From: an uncultured Aminicenantes bacterium
GTDB lineage: Bacteria > Acidobacteriota > Aminicenantia > UBA2199
NCBI GenBank assembly: GCA_965195285.1
Contig: CBDAFS010000051.1
Span: 1-32,496, forward strand
Reading direction: 5' to 3'
Length of the DNA stretch: 32,496 bases
The notes below the pieces were generated by a model that was not told where the DNA came from, ran no database searches, and saw nothing but the letters and a program-made list of their open reading frames with translations. Positions 18,487 to 26,489 of this stretch are shown here, piece by piece (position 1 is the stretch's first letter; every line of letters begins with the position of its first letter). The position numbers were made by a program, and so were the translations under genes.

Positions 18487-19173
18487 ATGAGATCGATTAA
18501 AGAAAATTTTGATGTGGTTAGTGAAAAAATAGAAAAAGCCTGTATCAGGTCCGGCAGGCAGGCAGCGGAGATTCAATTACTCGGGGTGTGCAAAGGTCAG
18601 CCGGTTCAAAAAATCGTTGAGCTCCACAATTGCGGAGTTCGTTTAATGGGGGAAAACCGGACCCAGGAAGCGGAGATTCACCAGCAACAACTACAGAAAC
18701 TGGATATCGAGTGGCATTTTATCGGGAAACTTCAGAAGAATAAAATCAATAAGATTTTAAAAAATTTTCATTTTATTCAGTCGGTTGACGGAATAAAATC
18801 CCTGGAACACATCAACAAAAGGGTCAGTGAAGATACCGAGGTCTTTATTGAAATCAACATTGGAGAGGAGGTCAACAAATCGGGATTCACCATAAAGGGT
18901 TTGAAAAAGGCCCTGGATTATATTTCCTACTTAAACCGGGTCAAAATTACCGGCCTGATGACTATTCCGCCTTATTTTGAGGAAAGTGAAAATGTTCGAC
19001 CCTATTTTAAAAAAATGAAAGAATTGAAACAGGAATTAAATGGCATGCAATTATCTAACTTTGACCTCAAAGAGCTATCTATGGGTATGAGTGATGATTT
19101 TGAAATTGCGGTTGAAGAGGGTTCAACCCTGCTCAGAATCGGAACCGCTCTGTTCGGACGAAGGATTCAATGA
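18487..19173 (+). CDS. yggS: PLP homeostasis protein YggS/PlpP
   Basis: GVCK (PLP Lys), GENR.QE, WHFIGKLQKNK, GLMTIPP, LSMGMSDDFEIAVEEGST..RIG. Confidence 0.95.
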   Translation: MRSIKENFDVVSEKIEKACIRSGRQAAEIQLLGVCKGQPVQKIVELHNCGVRLMGENRTQEAEIHQQQLQKLDIEWHFIGKLQKNKINKILKNFHFIQSVDGIKSLEHINKRVSEDTEVFIEINIGEEVNKSGFTIKGLKKALDYISYLNRVKITGLMTIPPYFEESENVRPYFKKMKELKQELNGMQLSNFDLKELSMGMSDDFEIAVEEGSTLLRIGTALFGRRIQ

Positions 19174-19478
19174 TCACGGGAAATTTATTAAAAGCCATTG
19201 CTCAGTTTATTCACCTGGTTATCAATTTGTATATTCTGGTCATTATTGTCCGGGCGGTAATTTCCTGGGTGGGGACAGTTCCACCCAACAAATTCATTTA
19301 TATTCTCAAACAATTGACCGATCCGGTTTTTCGCCTGGTCCACCGTTATATTCCGTTTGCCATCATGGGAGGTATTGATATCTCTCCGATCATTATTATT
19401 ATTTTGTTGTACTTTATTGATAATTTCTTTACCGGCATGATGATGGGATATGCCAATAAATTAATTTTGGGAGGATAA
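19170..19478 (+). CDS. yggT: YggT/YlmG membrane protein
   Basis: RAVISW, LTDP, GGIDISPI. Confidence 0.9.
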   Translation: MITGNLLKAIAQFIHLVINLYILVIIVRAVISWVGTVPPNKFIYILKQLTDPVFRLVHRYIPFAIMGGIDISPIIIIILLYFIDNFFTGMMMGYANKLILGG

Positions 19479-19483
19479 TTAAA

Positions 19484-19972
19484 ATGAAATTAGCACCTCA
19501 GGATATACTAACCCAGCAGTTCGGATCCAAAGTCAAGGGGTATGACAAGGATGAAGTAAAGAATTTTCTGATCCAGGTGGTTGAAACCCTGGAGAATGAG
19601 ATTCAGGAAAAGGAAAAGCTGAGAAAAAACCTGGAAAAGGTCAGGGAAAAACTGGAAAAATTTGAGAAAAGAGAAGAAATATTGAGGGACACCCTGGTTT
19701 CGGCCCAGAAATTTTCGACTGAGATCAAAACCAATTCCCAGAAAGAGTCGGAATTGATCATCCGGGAAGCAGAAATGAAAGGCGAGGAGATTGTGAAGAG
19801 CGCCATTGACCGGCAAAAGGATCTGAAGGAGGAAATCAGGAGCCTGAAGTTCAAAAGGCGGGAAATCGAGACCGACCTGGTCAATATGTTGAATTCCCTG
19901 AAGGAATTGATCGAATCCTACCAGAAAGAAGACGTAGAGTTTGACAAGGTCGAGTACTTAAGCGGTAAATGA
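19484..19972 (+). CDS. divIVA: DivIVA-domain coiled-coil protein
   Basis: MKLAPQDI..QQF...VKGYDKDEV..FL followed by a coiled coil. Confidence 0.88.
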   Translation: MKLAPQDILTQQFGSKVKGYDKDEVKNFLIQVVETLENEIQEKEKLRKNLEKVREKLEKFEKREEILRDTLVSAQKFSTEIKTNSQKESELIIREAEMKGEEIVKSAIDRQKDLKEEIRSLKFKRREIETDLVNMLNSLKELIESYQKEDVEFDKVEYLSGK

Positions 19973-20044
19973 ATTGAATATCCGATTGGGGCTGCTCATT
20001 GGTTCCCAATGGTGTGAAATAAATAAATTGAACTGGAGGATAGA

Positions 20045-21091
20045 ATGACTGATAGCAAAGATCAAAGAGATGCTGCTGTAAACAATGCGATTTCCCAGAT
20101 TGAAAAACAGTTTGGAAAGGGTTCGATAATGAGACTGGGTAGCGAAAATGTGGTCAATGTTCCCGCCATTTCGACGGGCTGCCTGTCTCTGGATATCATT
20201 ACCGGAATCGGGGGATTCCCCCGGGGCCGGATGATTGAAGTTTATGGGCCTGAGGCCTCAGGCAAAACCACCATTGCCCTGCAGGCCATTGCCGAAGCCC
20301 AGAAAGTCGGGGGAAACGCTGCCTTTATCGATGCCGAGCATGCAATGGATCCGGTTTATGCCCAGAAGCTGGGTGTCAATATTGATGAGCTGTATGTGGC
20401 CCAACCCGATTATGGAGAGCAGGCACTTGAGATTGCGGAGATACTGGTACGTTCGGGAGGTGTTGATATTATTGTGATTGACAGTGTTGCTGCCCTCGTA
20501 CCCAAGGCAGAACTGGAAGGTGATATGGGAGACAGCCATATGGGATTGCAGGCCCGCTTGATGAGCCAGGCCCTCCGGAAACTGACGGCCATCGTGGCCC
20601 GCTCCAAGACCGTCTTTGTTTTTGTCAATCAGATGAGACAAAAAATCGGCATGTTTATCGGTAATCCGGAAACCACCTCCGGTGGTCGTGCCCTGAAATT
20701 TTACACTTCCATCCGGCTTGAAGTGAGAAGGATTTTAACCCTTAAGAGCGGAAATGACATTGTTGGCAGTCGCACTCGCTTGAAGATCGCCAAGAACAAG
20801 GTCGCCCCCCCCTTTAAAGTCATGGAAGTGGATTTGTTGTTCGGAGAGGGTGTATCCAAAGAGGGTGAGATTATAGACCTGGGCATTTTATACGGGATCA
20901 TTTCCAAAACCGGGGCATGGTATTCATACGGGGAAAACAAACTGGGTCAGGGCAAGGAGGCGTCCAGGCAGCTGTTGAAAGAAAACAAGCCCCTTTTCCA
21001 GGAATTGAAGGATCAAATCATGCAAAAATCCGGGCTGGCCAAGGAAACCTCAACGGAACCGCCTGAAAAATCCCCTGATAAAGATGATTGA
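20045..21091 (+). CDS. recA: Recombinase RecA
   Basis: [56 protein letters not shown]. Confidence 0.99.
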   Translation: MTDSKDQRDAAVNNAISQIEKQFGKGSIMRLGSENVVNVPAISTGCLSLDIITGIGGFPRGRMIEVYGPEASGKTTIALQAIAEAQKVGGNAAFIDAEHAMDPVYAQKLGVNIDELYVAQPDYGEQALEIAEILVRSGGVDIIVIDSVAALVPKAELEGDMGDSHMGLQARLMSQALRKLTAIVARSKTVFVFVNQMRQKIGMFIGNPETTSGGRALKFYTSIRLEVRRILTLKSGNDIVGSRTRLKIAKNKVAPPFKVMEVDLLFGEGVSKEGEIIDLGILYGIISKTGAWYSYGENKLGQGKEASRQLLKENKPLFQELKDQIMQKSGLAKETSTEPPEKSPDKDD

Positions 21092-21111
21092 TGGACTGAT
21101 GTTCGGACCTC

Positions 21112-21670
21112 GTGAACGTTGAATTTATTCTTTTACTGGTTTCATCGATTATCATTTTCGGTTATATCAGTGAACTGGTTTTCAAAAAGGTCGGTATCCC
21201 CGATACCCTGTTCCTGATTGTACTGGGTTTCGTGATGGGACCCGGCAGGCTCAACATCATTAAACCGGACTCCCTTTCGGTTCTGGCTCCTCTGTTCATC
21301 ACCGTGACCCTGGTTTTCCTGTTGTTTGACGGGGCTCTCACCATCGACCTGAAATCCTTTGCCGAGGGAATCGGACCCGGAATTAAAATTGCTGTTTTCA
21401 ATTTTGCCATATCCGTCTTGGTCATCGCCGGTGTGTTGACGGTGCTGAACTTTGGGCTGCTGGAATCTGCCATGATTGGTTTTTGCCCGGGGGATTGCTT
21501 CGGCGATTATCATATTGATCGCAGATCGCCGGGGGTTGGCTTACGAATCCCTGCTCTTTGATACGGTTTATATTGTGATTACCGCTACCATCGTATTGAG
21601 TTCAATCCGGGTGTATTTCTATGACCGGTACCGGAAACGATTGGAATCAAATCAGAAAAAGACCAAGTGA
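21112..21670 (+). pseudogene. NhaP/CPA1-type cation:proton antiporter with internal deletion and frameshift
   Basis: N-terminal part (KKVGIPD.L.LI.LG...GP, LLFDGAL.ID) runs to about 21483. In another frame from 21482, FARGIASAII plus a last helix matches the CPA C-terminal RG motif. The middle helices are missing. Confidence 0.7.
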
Positions 21671-21717
21671 ATCCAAGATAAATTCTGGCCAGGGGAGATA
21701 CCACTGAAATATAGGAT

Positions 21718-22662
21718 TTACTGTTCGGTATCGCAGTAGAGGCATTTTTTCATTTTGCGGGGCATGGTCTTGTGGCAATTCCAACAGACATAATCGGTCC
21801 GTTTGTTTCGGGCCGTGATCCGGTTCTTGATGCTCTTGATTTCAAAAGCATTGTCCTCTTTTTCGCCTTCCATGTTGTTAAAATCGGTGATCAGTTCGGT
21901 AACCGTCTTATAGCGGGTGGATAAATCCGGTGACAGGGTTTTCATCAGGATCCAGTTCAGGCGGGTGGAGACCGAGGTGTTTTTCTTGATCAGGGGCGTG
22001 ATATTCCCTGACTTGGCCATTTTATAGATTTCCATGGGGTTGGCCATGACGATCGGGGGGAATCCGGTGACCATTTCGTAAAACAGGCAGCCGGCCGAAT
22101 AGATATCGGATGGAAAAACCGCCTTGCCCTCGAACTGTTCCGGTGCCATATAGGGAGGAGATCCGATCCGGGTGGTGGCATACTGTTTTTCATTCAATAA
22201 AGTAGAAGTACCGAAATCAGTGATTTTAATGTTGTTTTTTTCATCGAGTAGAATATTGGATGGTCTGATATCCCGGTGTATCACTTTGTGCTTGTGGGCA
22301 AATTCCAGAGCAGACAGAATCTGTTTGAAGTAATGAAGGGAGGTTTTTATGCTCAACTTTTCCTCCTCATCGATCAGGGTTTCAATGTCCGTTCCCTTGA
22401 TGTACTCCATGACCATGATGATGGTACCGTCGATGATATCCACGGTGAGCAGCTTGACAATATGGGGGTGATCCAGGAGCTTGGACTGAAGCACGGATTC
22501 CTGAAGCAGTTTTTCGGTTTCAGTGCCGATCCGGTGCGGGATTTTCAAGGCCCTAAAGGTCTTTAAATAAGTGTCTTCGGACAGATAGATGGTCCCGAAC
22601 CCACCGCTGCCCAGTTTTTTTAATATCTTGTATTTCCCGATCTGTCCTTTTAATTCAATCAC
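21718..22662 (-). CDS. Cytoplasmic Hanks-type Ser/Thr protein kinase with C-terminal Zn ribbon
   Basis: LGSGGFG, ALK, HRDIRPSN, DFG, GSPPYMAPE, SDIYS.G; CWNC-x10-CLYC at the C-terminus; no TM segment; GTG start with SD-like AGGTGAG. Confidence 0.92.
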   Translation of the reverse strand: MIELKGQIGKYKILKKLGSGGFGTIYLSEDTYLKTFRALKIPHRIGTETEKLLQESVLQSKLLDHPHIVKLLTVDIIDGTIIMVMEYIKGTDIETLIDEEEKLSIKTSLHYFKQILSALEFAHKHKVIHRDIRPSNILLDEKNNIKITDFGTSTLLNEKQYATTRIGSPPYMAPEQFEGKAVFPSDIYSAGCLFYEMVTGFPPIVMANPMEIYKMAKSGNITPLIKKNTSVSTRLNWILMKTLSPDLSTRYKTVTELITDFNNMEGEKEDNAFEIKSIKNRITARNKRTDYVCWNCHKTMPRKMKKCLYCDTEQ

Positions 22663-22704
22663 GTTCTCTCACCTGGCCTGACTGAGGCTTTTGACAATAT
22701 TATC

Positions 22705-23814
22705 TCATAAGTATAGTTCTTTTTCTTTTTTGGTGAGGGGATCTTTTTCCTGTTCAATTTTTCTTAATTCTTTAAACAGTTCTTTTTCCCTTTTGGTCAT
22801 CTTCCGGGGGGTGATGACCTTGATAATGATCAGGAAGTCTCCCTTTCCCCAGCCGTGTACATTCTTGAATCCCTTGCCCTTGACCTTTATGATCTTATTG
22901 TTCTGGGTTTCGGGCGGTATCTTGATTTTTTCGGTTCCGTAAAATGTCTTGATCTTGACTTCATCACCCAGGGCAGCCTGGGCAAAACTAATGTTGAGCT
23001 CATGGATTAAATCATTGTCCTGTCTTTTAAGATGCTCATCTTCCCGGACCTGAACGATCAGGTACAAATCGCCGGGTCTGCCCCCGTTGATTCCCTCTTC
23101 ACCCTCCCCGGACATCCGCATTTTGTTGCCATTATCGATACCGGGGGGAAGGGTGATTTTTATTTTATTACTGAACGGTATTCGCCCGCTGCCCCTGCAT
23201 TTCTTGCAGGGATGGGAGATGATTTTGCCGTTTCCCTTGCAGACCGGGCAGGTGGTGGATATGGAAAAGAATCCCTGGCTCCGTCGGATACTCCCGCTTC
23301 CGCCGCACTGTTTGCAGGTTTCGGGGGATTTGCCGGGTTCGCTTTTGCTGCCCTGGCAGATATCACAATTGATTTCCTTTTGAACGGTGATGGATTTTTC
23401 AATGCCCTGGTAGGCTTCTTTCAGGCTCAGTTCCAGCTCCACAGCGATGTCGTTTCCCCTCTGATCATGCCGCCGTCGCTGGCTGGAAAACGGGGACTCG
23501 AAGCCAAACAAATTACCCAGGATATCTTCGAAACCGGTGAATGTCGAATCTGAAAAAAATGAAAAATCATTGAATCCGTTGGCCCTTGATTTCAAGCCAT
23601 CAAAACCGTAGCGGTCAAAGAGTTGCTTTTTTTCCTCATTGCCTAATACGGAATAGGCCTCGGATGCTTCCTTGAATTTTTCTTCCGATTCGGAGTTTCC
23701 CTGGTTACGATCCGGATGGTATTTCAGGGCCAGCTTACGGTAAGCCTTTTTGATCTGCTCGGTGGTGGCGTTTCTGGGAACACCCAATACTTCATAGTAG
23801 TCTCGTTTGGACAT
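22705..23814 (-). CDS. dnaJ: Chaperone DnaJ (class A)
   Basis: J domain with HPD, G/F region, four CxxCxGxG-type repeats, GDLY. Confidence 0.96.
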   Translation of the reverse strand: MSKRDYYEVLGVPRNATTEQIKKAYRKLALKYHPDRNQGNSESEEKFKEASEAYSVLGNEEKKQLFDRYGFDGLKSRANGFNDFSFFSDSTFTGFEDILGNLFGFESPFSSQRRRHDQRGNDIAVELELSLKEAYQGIEKSITVQKEINCDICQGSKSEPGKSPETCKQCGGSGSIRRSQGFFSISTTCPVCKGNGKIISHPCKKCRGSGRIPFSNKIKITLPPGIDNGNKMRMSGEGEEGINGGRPGDLYLIVQVREDEHLKRQDNDLIHELNISFAQAALGDEVKIKTFYGTEKIKIPPETQNNKIIKVKGKGFKNVHGWGKGDFLIIIKVITPRKMTKREKELFKELRKIEQEKDPLTKKEKELYL

Positions 23815-23817
23815 GGC

Positions 23818-25632
23818 TTATTTTTCAAATTCATTCACCAGAATCTGATTGATCTTTATTCTGATGGCCTGAATCTTCCTTAGCAAATTATCGAGTAGAG
23901 CGGGATCATCCTCTTCCAGTACCTTTTCCGTTTTGGATAATACTCGCTTTATTTCGCTCTTGTCGGTCAGTTTGATTTTATCGTCATGGCGTTTGAAAAA
24001 ATATTCGACGGTTTCGTATTCTTCGGTTATTTTGGTTTTCAGTTCATTGAGGCGGATCCGGTTTTTGTCCATCTCGTTGTATTCTTCGGCTTCAGCGATA
24101 ATTCTCTGGATGTCTTCCGGAGACAGGCCGCTGGCCGGCTGGATTTTCATGCTCTGGGATAGTCCGGTCTGTTTGTCTTTGGCAGAAACCCGGACTATTC
24201 CATTGGAATCGATTTCAAAGGTCACTTCGATCTGGGGGATTCCCTTGGGAGCCAGCGGGATACCCACCAGGTCAAAAAATCCCAGTGATTTGTTTTCAGA
24301 GGCGATCTCCCTTTCTCCCTGAAGCACATGAATTTTCACGGTTCTCTGGTTGTCGTTGATGGTGGTAAAAACCTTTGATCTTTTGATGGGAATGGTGGTG
24401 TTTTTCTCAATCAGTTTATTAATCTGGTCGCCCTTTGTTTCAACACCCAGGGAAAGGGGTGTTACATCAAGCAGAAGCAGATCTTTGACCTTTCCTCTGA
24501 TGATTTCGGATTGGAGGGCCGCGCCCTGAGCAACCACTTCCTCCGGGTTCAGATCCAGATAAGGTTCTTTTTGAAAAAATTCAGATATTTTTTTCTGAAC
24601 CAGGGGCATCCGGCTCTGGCCTCCCACCAGAATCAATCTCTCGATCTGGTCCGGTGTGACATTGATCTCGTCCATTGATTTTTTGATCAGGCCAAGGGTA
24701 CGGTTGATGAGTTCAATGGTTTCATGCTCGAACTGGGACCGGGTTAATTTTTTCTGAAAGTGAAAATTGGTCCCGTCCGGAAAATGGAAGAGGTAGGGGA
24801 TAGATATAAGGGTTTCTTCATTGAAAGACAGTTCGATTTTGGCTTTCTCGGCTACCTGAAGTATCCGTTGCAGGGTATTCCGGTCATGAATAATTTCAGT
24901 GGTGAGTTCGGATTCAAGCTTGTCAATGATCCAATCAATGATCTTGATATCAAAATCGCTGCCGCCCAGAAATGTGTCCCCCAGGGTTGACAATACCTTG
25001 TACACATCCCCCATGACCTCCACAATAGATATGTCAAAGGTTCCGCCGCCCAGGTCATAAACAGCGTATAAACCGTCCTTGTTAATCTTTGGTCCGTAAG
25101 CGATTAAAGCGGCAGTGGGCTCATTGATGATTCGAATAACATTCAAACCGGCGATTTCTCCGGCATTTTTAGTTGCCTGTCTCTGGGCATCATTAAAAAA
25201 AGCCGGAACTGTGATGACTGCATCCTCAATTTTTTCACCCAGATATTGTTCGGCAATATTTTTCAGGTAGCTCAGCAGCATTCCCGAAATTTCTTCAGGT
25301 GAAGCCAGCTTGTCTCCCATTTTAATCATGGCATCGCCATTTTCCGCCCCGACAATTTCATAACCCACCATTTTTTGCATGGCCTGAACTTCTTTTCTGT
25401 CAAATTTTCTGCCCATCAGTCTCTTCACTGCCCAGATGGTGTTCTGACTGTTGGTAACGAATTGCCTCTTGGCGATATTGCCATAGATTCTCTTTCCCTC
25501 CCGGTTGAGGGCAACGATGGAAGGGATAACCCGGGTTCCTTCGTGATTGGGAATAATGGCCGCATCCTTGCCTTCCAGGTAGCTGATGCAGGAATTGGTG
25601 GTGCCGAGATCGATCCCTAAATTAATCGCCAT
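23818..25632 (-). CDS. dnaK: Hsp70/DnaK chaperone (divergent)
   Basis: GIDLGTTNS, INEPTAA, DLGGGTFDIS, LVGGQSRMP, DLLLLDVTPLSLG, QGER, PQIEVTF. Confidence 0.93.
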   Translation of the reverse strand: MAINLGIDLGTTNSCISYLEGKDAAIIPNHEGTRVIPSIVALNREGKRIYGNIAKRQFVTNSQNTIWAVKRLMGRKFDRKEVQAMQKMVGYEIVGAENGDAMIKMGDKLASPEEISGMLLSYLKNIAEQYLGEKIEDAVITVPAFFNDAQRQATKNAGEIAGLNVIRIINEPTAALIAYGPKINKDGLYAVYDLGGGTFDISIVEVMGDVYKVLSTLGDTFLGGSDFDIKIIDWIIDKLESELTTEIIHDRNTLQRILQVAEKAKIELSFNEETLISIPYLFHFPDGTNFHFQKKLTRSQFEHETIELINRTLGLIKKSMDEINVTPDQIERLILVGGQSRMPLVQKKISEFFQKEPYLDLNPEEVVAQGAALQSEIIRGKVKDLLLLDVTPLSLGVETKGDQINKLIEKNTTIPIKRSKVFTTINDNQRTVKIHVLQGEREIASENKSLGFFDLVGIPLAPKGIPQIEVTFEIDSNGIVRVSAKDKQTGLSQSMKIQPASGLSPEDIQRIIAEAEEYNEMDKNRIRLNELKTKITEEYETVEYFFKRHDDKIKLTDKSEIKRVLSKTEKVLEEDDPALLDNLLRKIQAIRIKINQILVNEFEK

Positions 25633-26251
25633 TTTTCTTTACTGGGATTGCCACTTTGGTCAGACTGGGCCTGAGCAATTTGTTGTGGTAAGAGTAGCCT
25701 TTCTGGTATACCTCCACCACCATGGATTCTTCAATATCCTCCTGTTCAGTTTTTGACAGGGCCTGGTGGTAATTGGGATCAAAGGGTTGATTCAGGGCCT
25801 CGATTTCTTCCACCTGGCATTTTTTTAACAGGTCCATCATTTGTTTATAAATCATTTCAACTCCCGACAGGATCGATTTTTCAGTCGGGGAGGTGTTTTT
25901 GCTGTTCAGAGCCCTCTCCAGATTATCGATGATGGGAAGCAGGCCCAGTAAAAAATCTCCCAATGCATATTTATAGTATTCTTCCTTTTCTTTTTTGATT
26001 CGCTTGCGGAAGTTGTCTACTTCCGCCAGATTTCTCAGGTATTTATCTCGGATTTCATCCCTCTCTTTGACCACTTTTTTGAGTATTTCTTCCTGTTTTT
26101 TCAATTGTTCCTGAATTTTCTTGGGGATATGCTGCTTTTTAGAGTTTCTTTCCCTGTGGGAACTTTTTGCTTCAGTACTTTTCTTATCATCATCAATATG
26201 TTTTTCGTCCGGAATGTAAGTGATTTTTATCTTATCTTTCTGATCGGTCAT
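25622..26251 (-). CDS. grpE: Nucleotide exchange factor GrpE
   Basis: AEVDNFRKR, DNLERAL, FDPNYHQA, QKGY....LLRPS; SD GGAGG. Confidence 0.95.
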   Translation of the reverse strand: MTDQKDKIKITYIPDEKHIDDDKKSTEAKSSHRERNSKKQHIPKKIQEQLKKQEEILKKVVKERDEIRDKYLRNLAEVDNFRKRIKKEKEEYYKYALGDFLLGLLPIIDNLERALNSKNTSPTEKSILSGVEMIYKQMMDLLKKCQVEEIEALNQPFDPNYHQALSKTEQEDIEESMVVEVYQKGYSYHNKLLRPSLTKVAIPVKKNGD

Positions 26252-26300
26252 TTAATACCTCCACATTTTTTCCTACGGTCTGCAATAAAAATCCATTCAC

Positions 26301-26312
26301 ATGTATATACAT
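26301..26312. promoter_or_regulatory. Candidate operator palindrome
   Basis: Perfect palindrome ATGTATATACAT just downstream of the predicted grpE transcription start. Confidence 0.4.
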
Positions 26313-26320
26313 TTTGTCAA

Positions 26321-26349
26321 ATTTTAATATAACGGGGTGAAAAAGTCAA
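26321..26349 (-). promoter_or_regulatory. sigma70-type promoter of the grpE operon
   Basis: Minus strand TTGACT (26349-26344), 17-nt spacer, TAAAAT (26326-26321). Confidence 0.6.
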
Positions 26350-26417
26350 TGTTTGTGGGTCTGACCGGTTCAGTGGAGCCGGATCCCGTATCCGGCCTGT
26401 TCAAATTTTTATCCGTG

Positions 26418-26446
26418 TTGAAATTTTTTTTTTTTTTTTTTATAAT
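26418..26446 (+). promoter_or_regulatory. sigma70 promoter with a pure poly-T spacer
   Basis: TTGAAA (26418-23), 17 T (26424-40), TATAAT (26441-46), upstream of the MFS ATG at 26490. Confidence 0.7.
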
Positions 26447-26489
26447 GGATAAATTGATGTTTATTGAAAATATGAAATAAGGAAAAAAA

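Noticed and set aside
26315-26349. Two GTCAA units resembling a CtsR box
   Set aside because: They are 29 nt apart rather than in tandem heptads, and one is simply the -35 element
26378-26396. Hairpin GCCGGAT-N5-ATCCGGC resembling an enterobacterial REP core
   Set aside because: Single copy, short, and easily produced by chance given the CCGG-rich background
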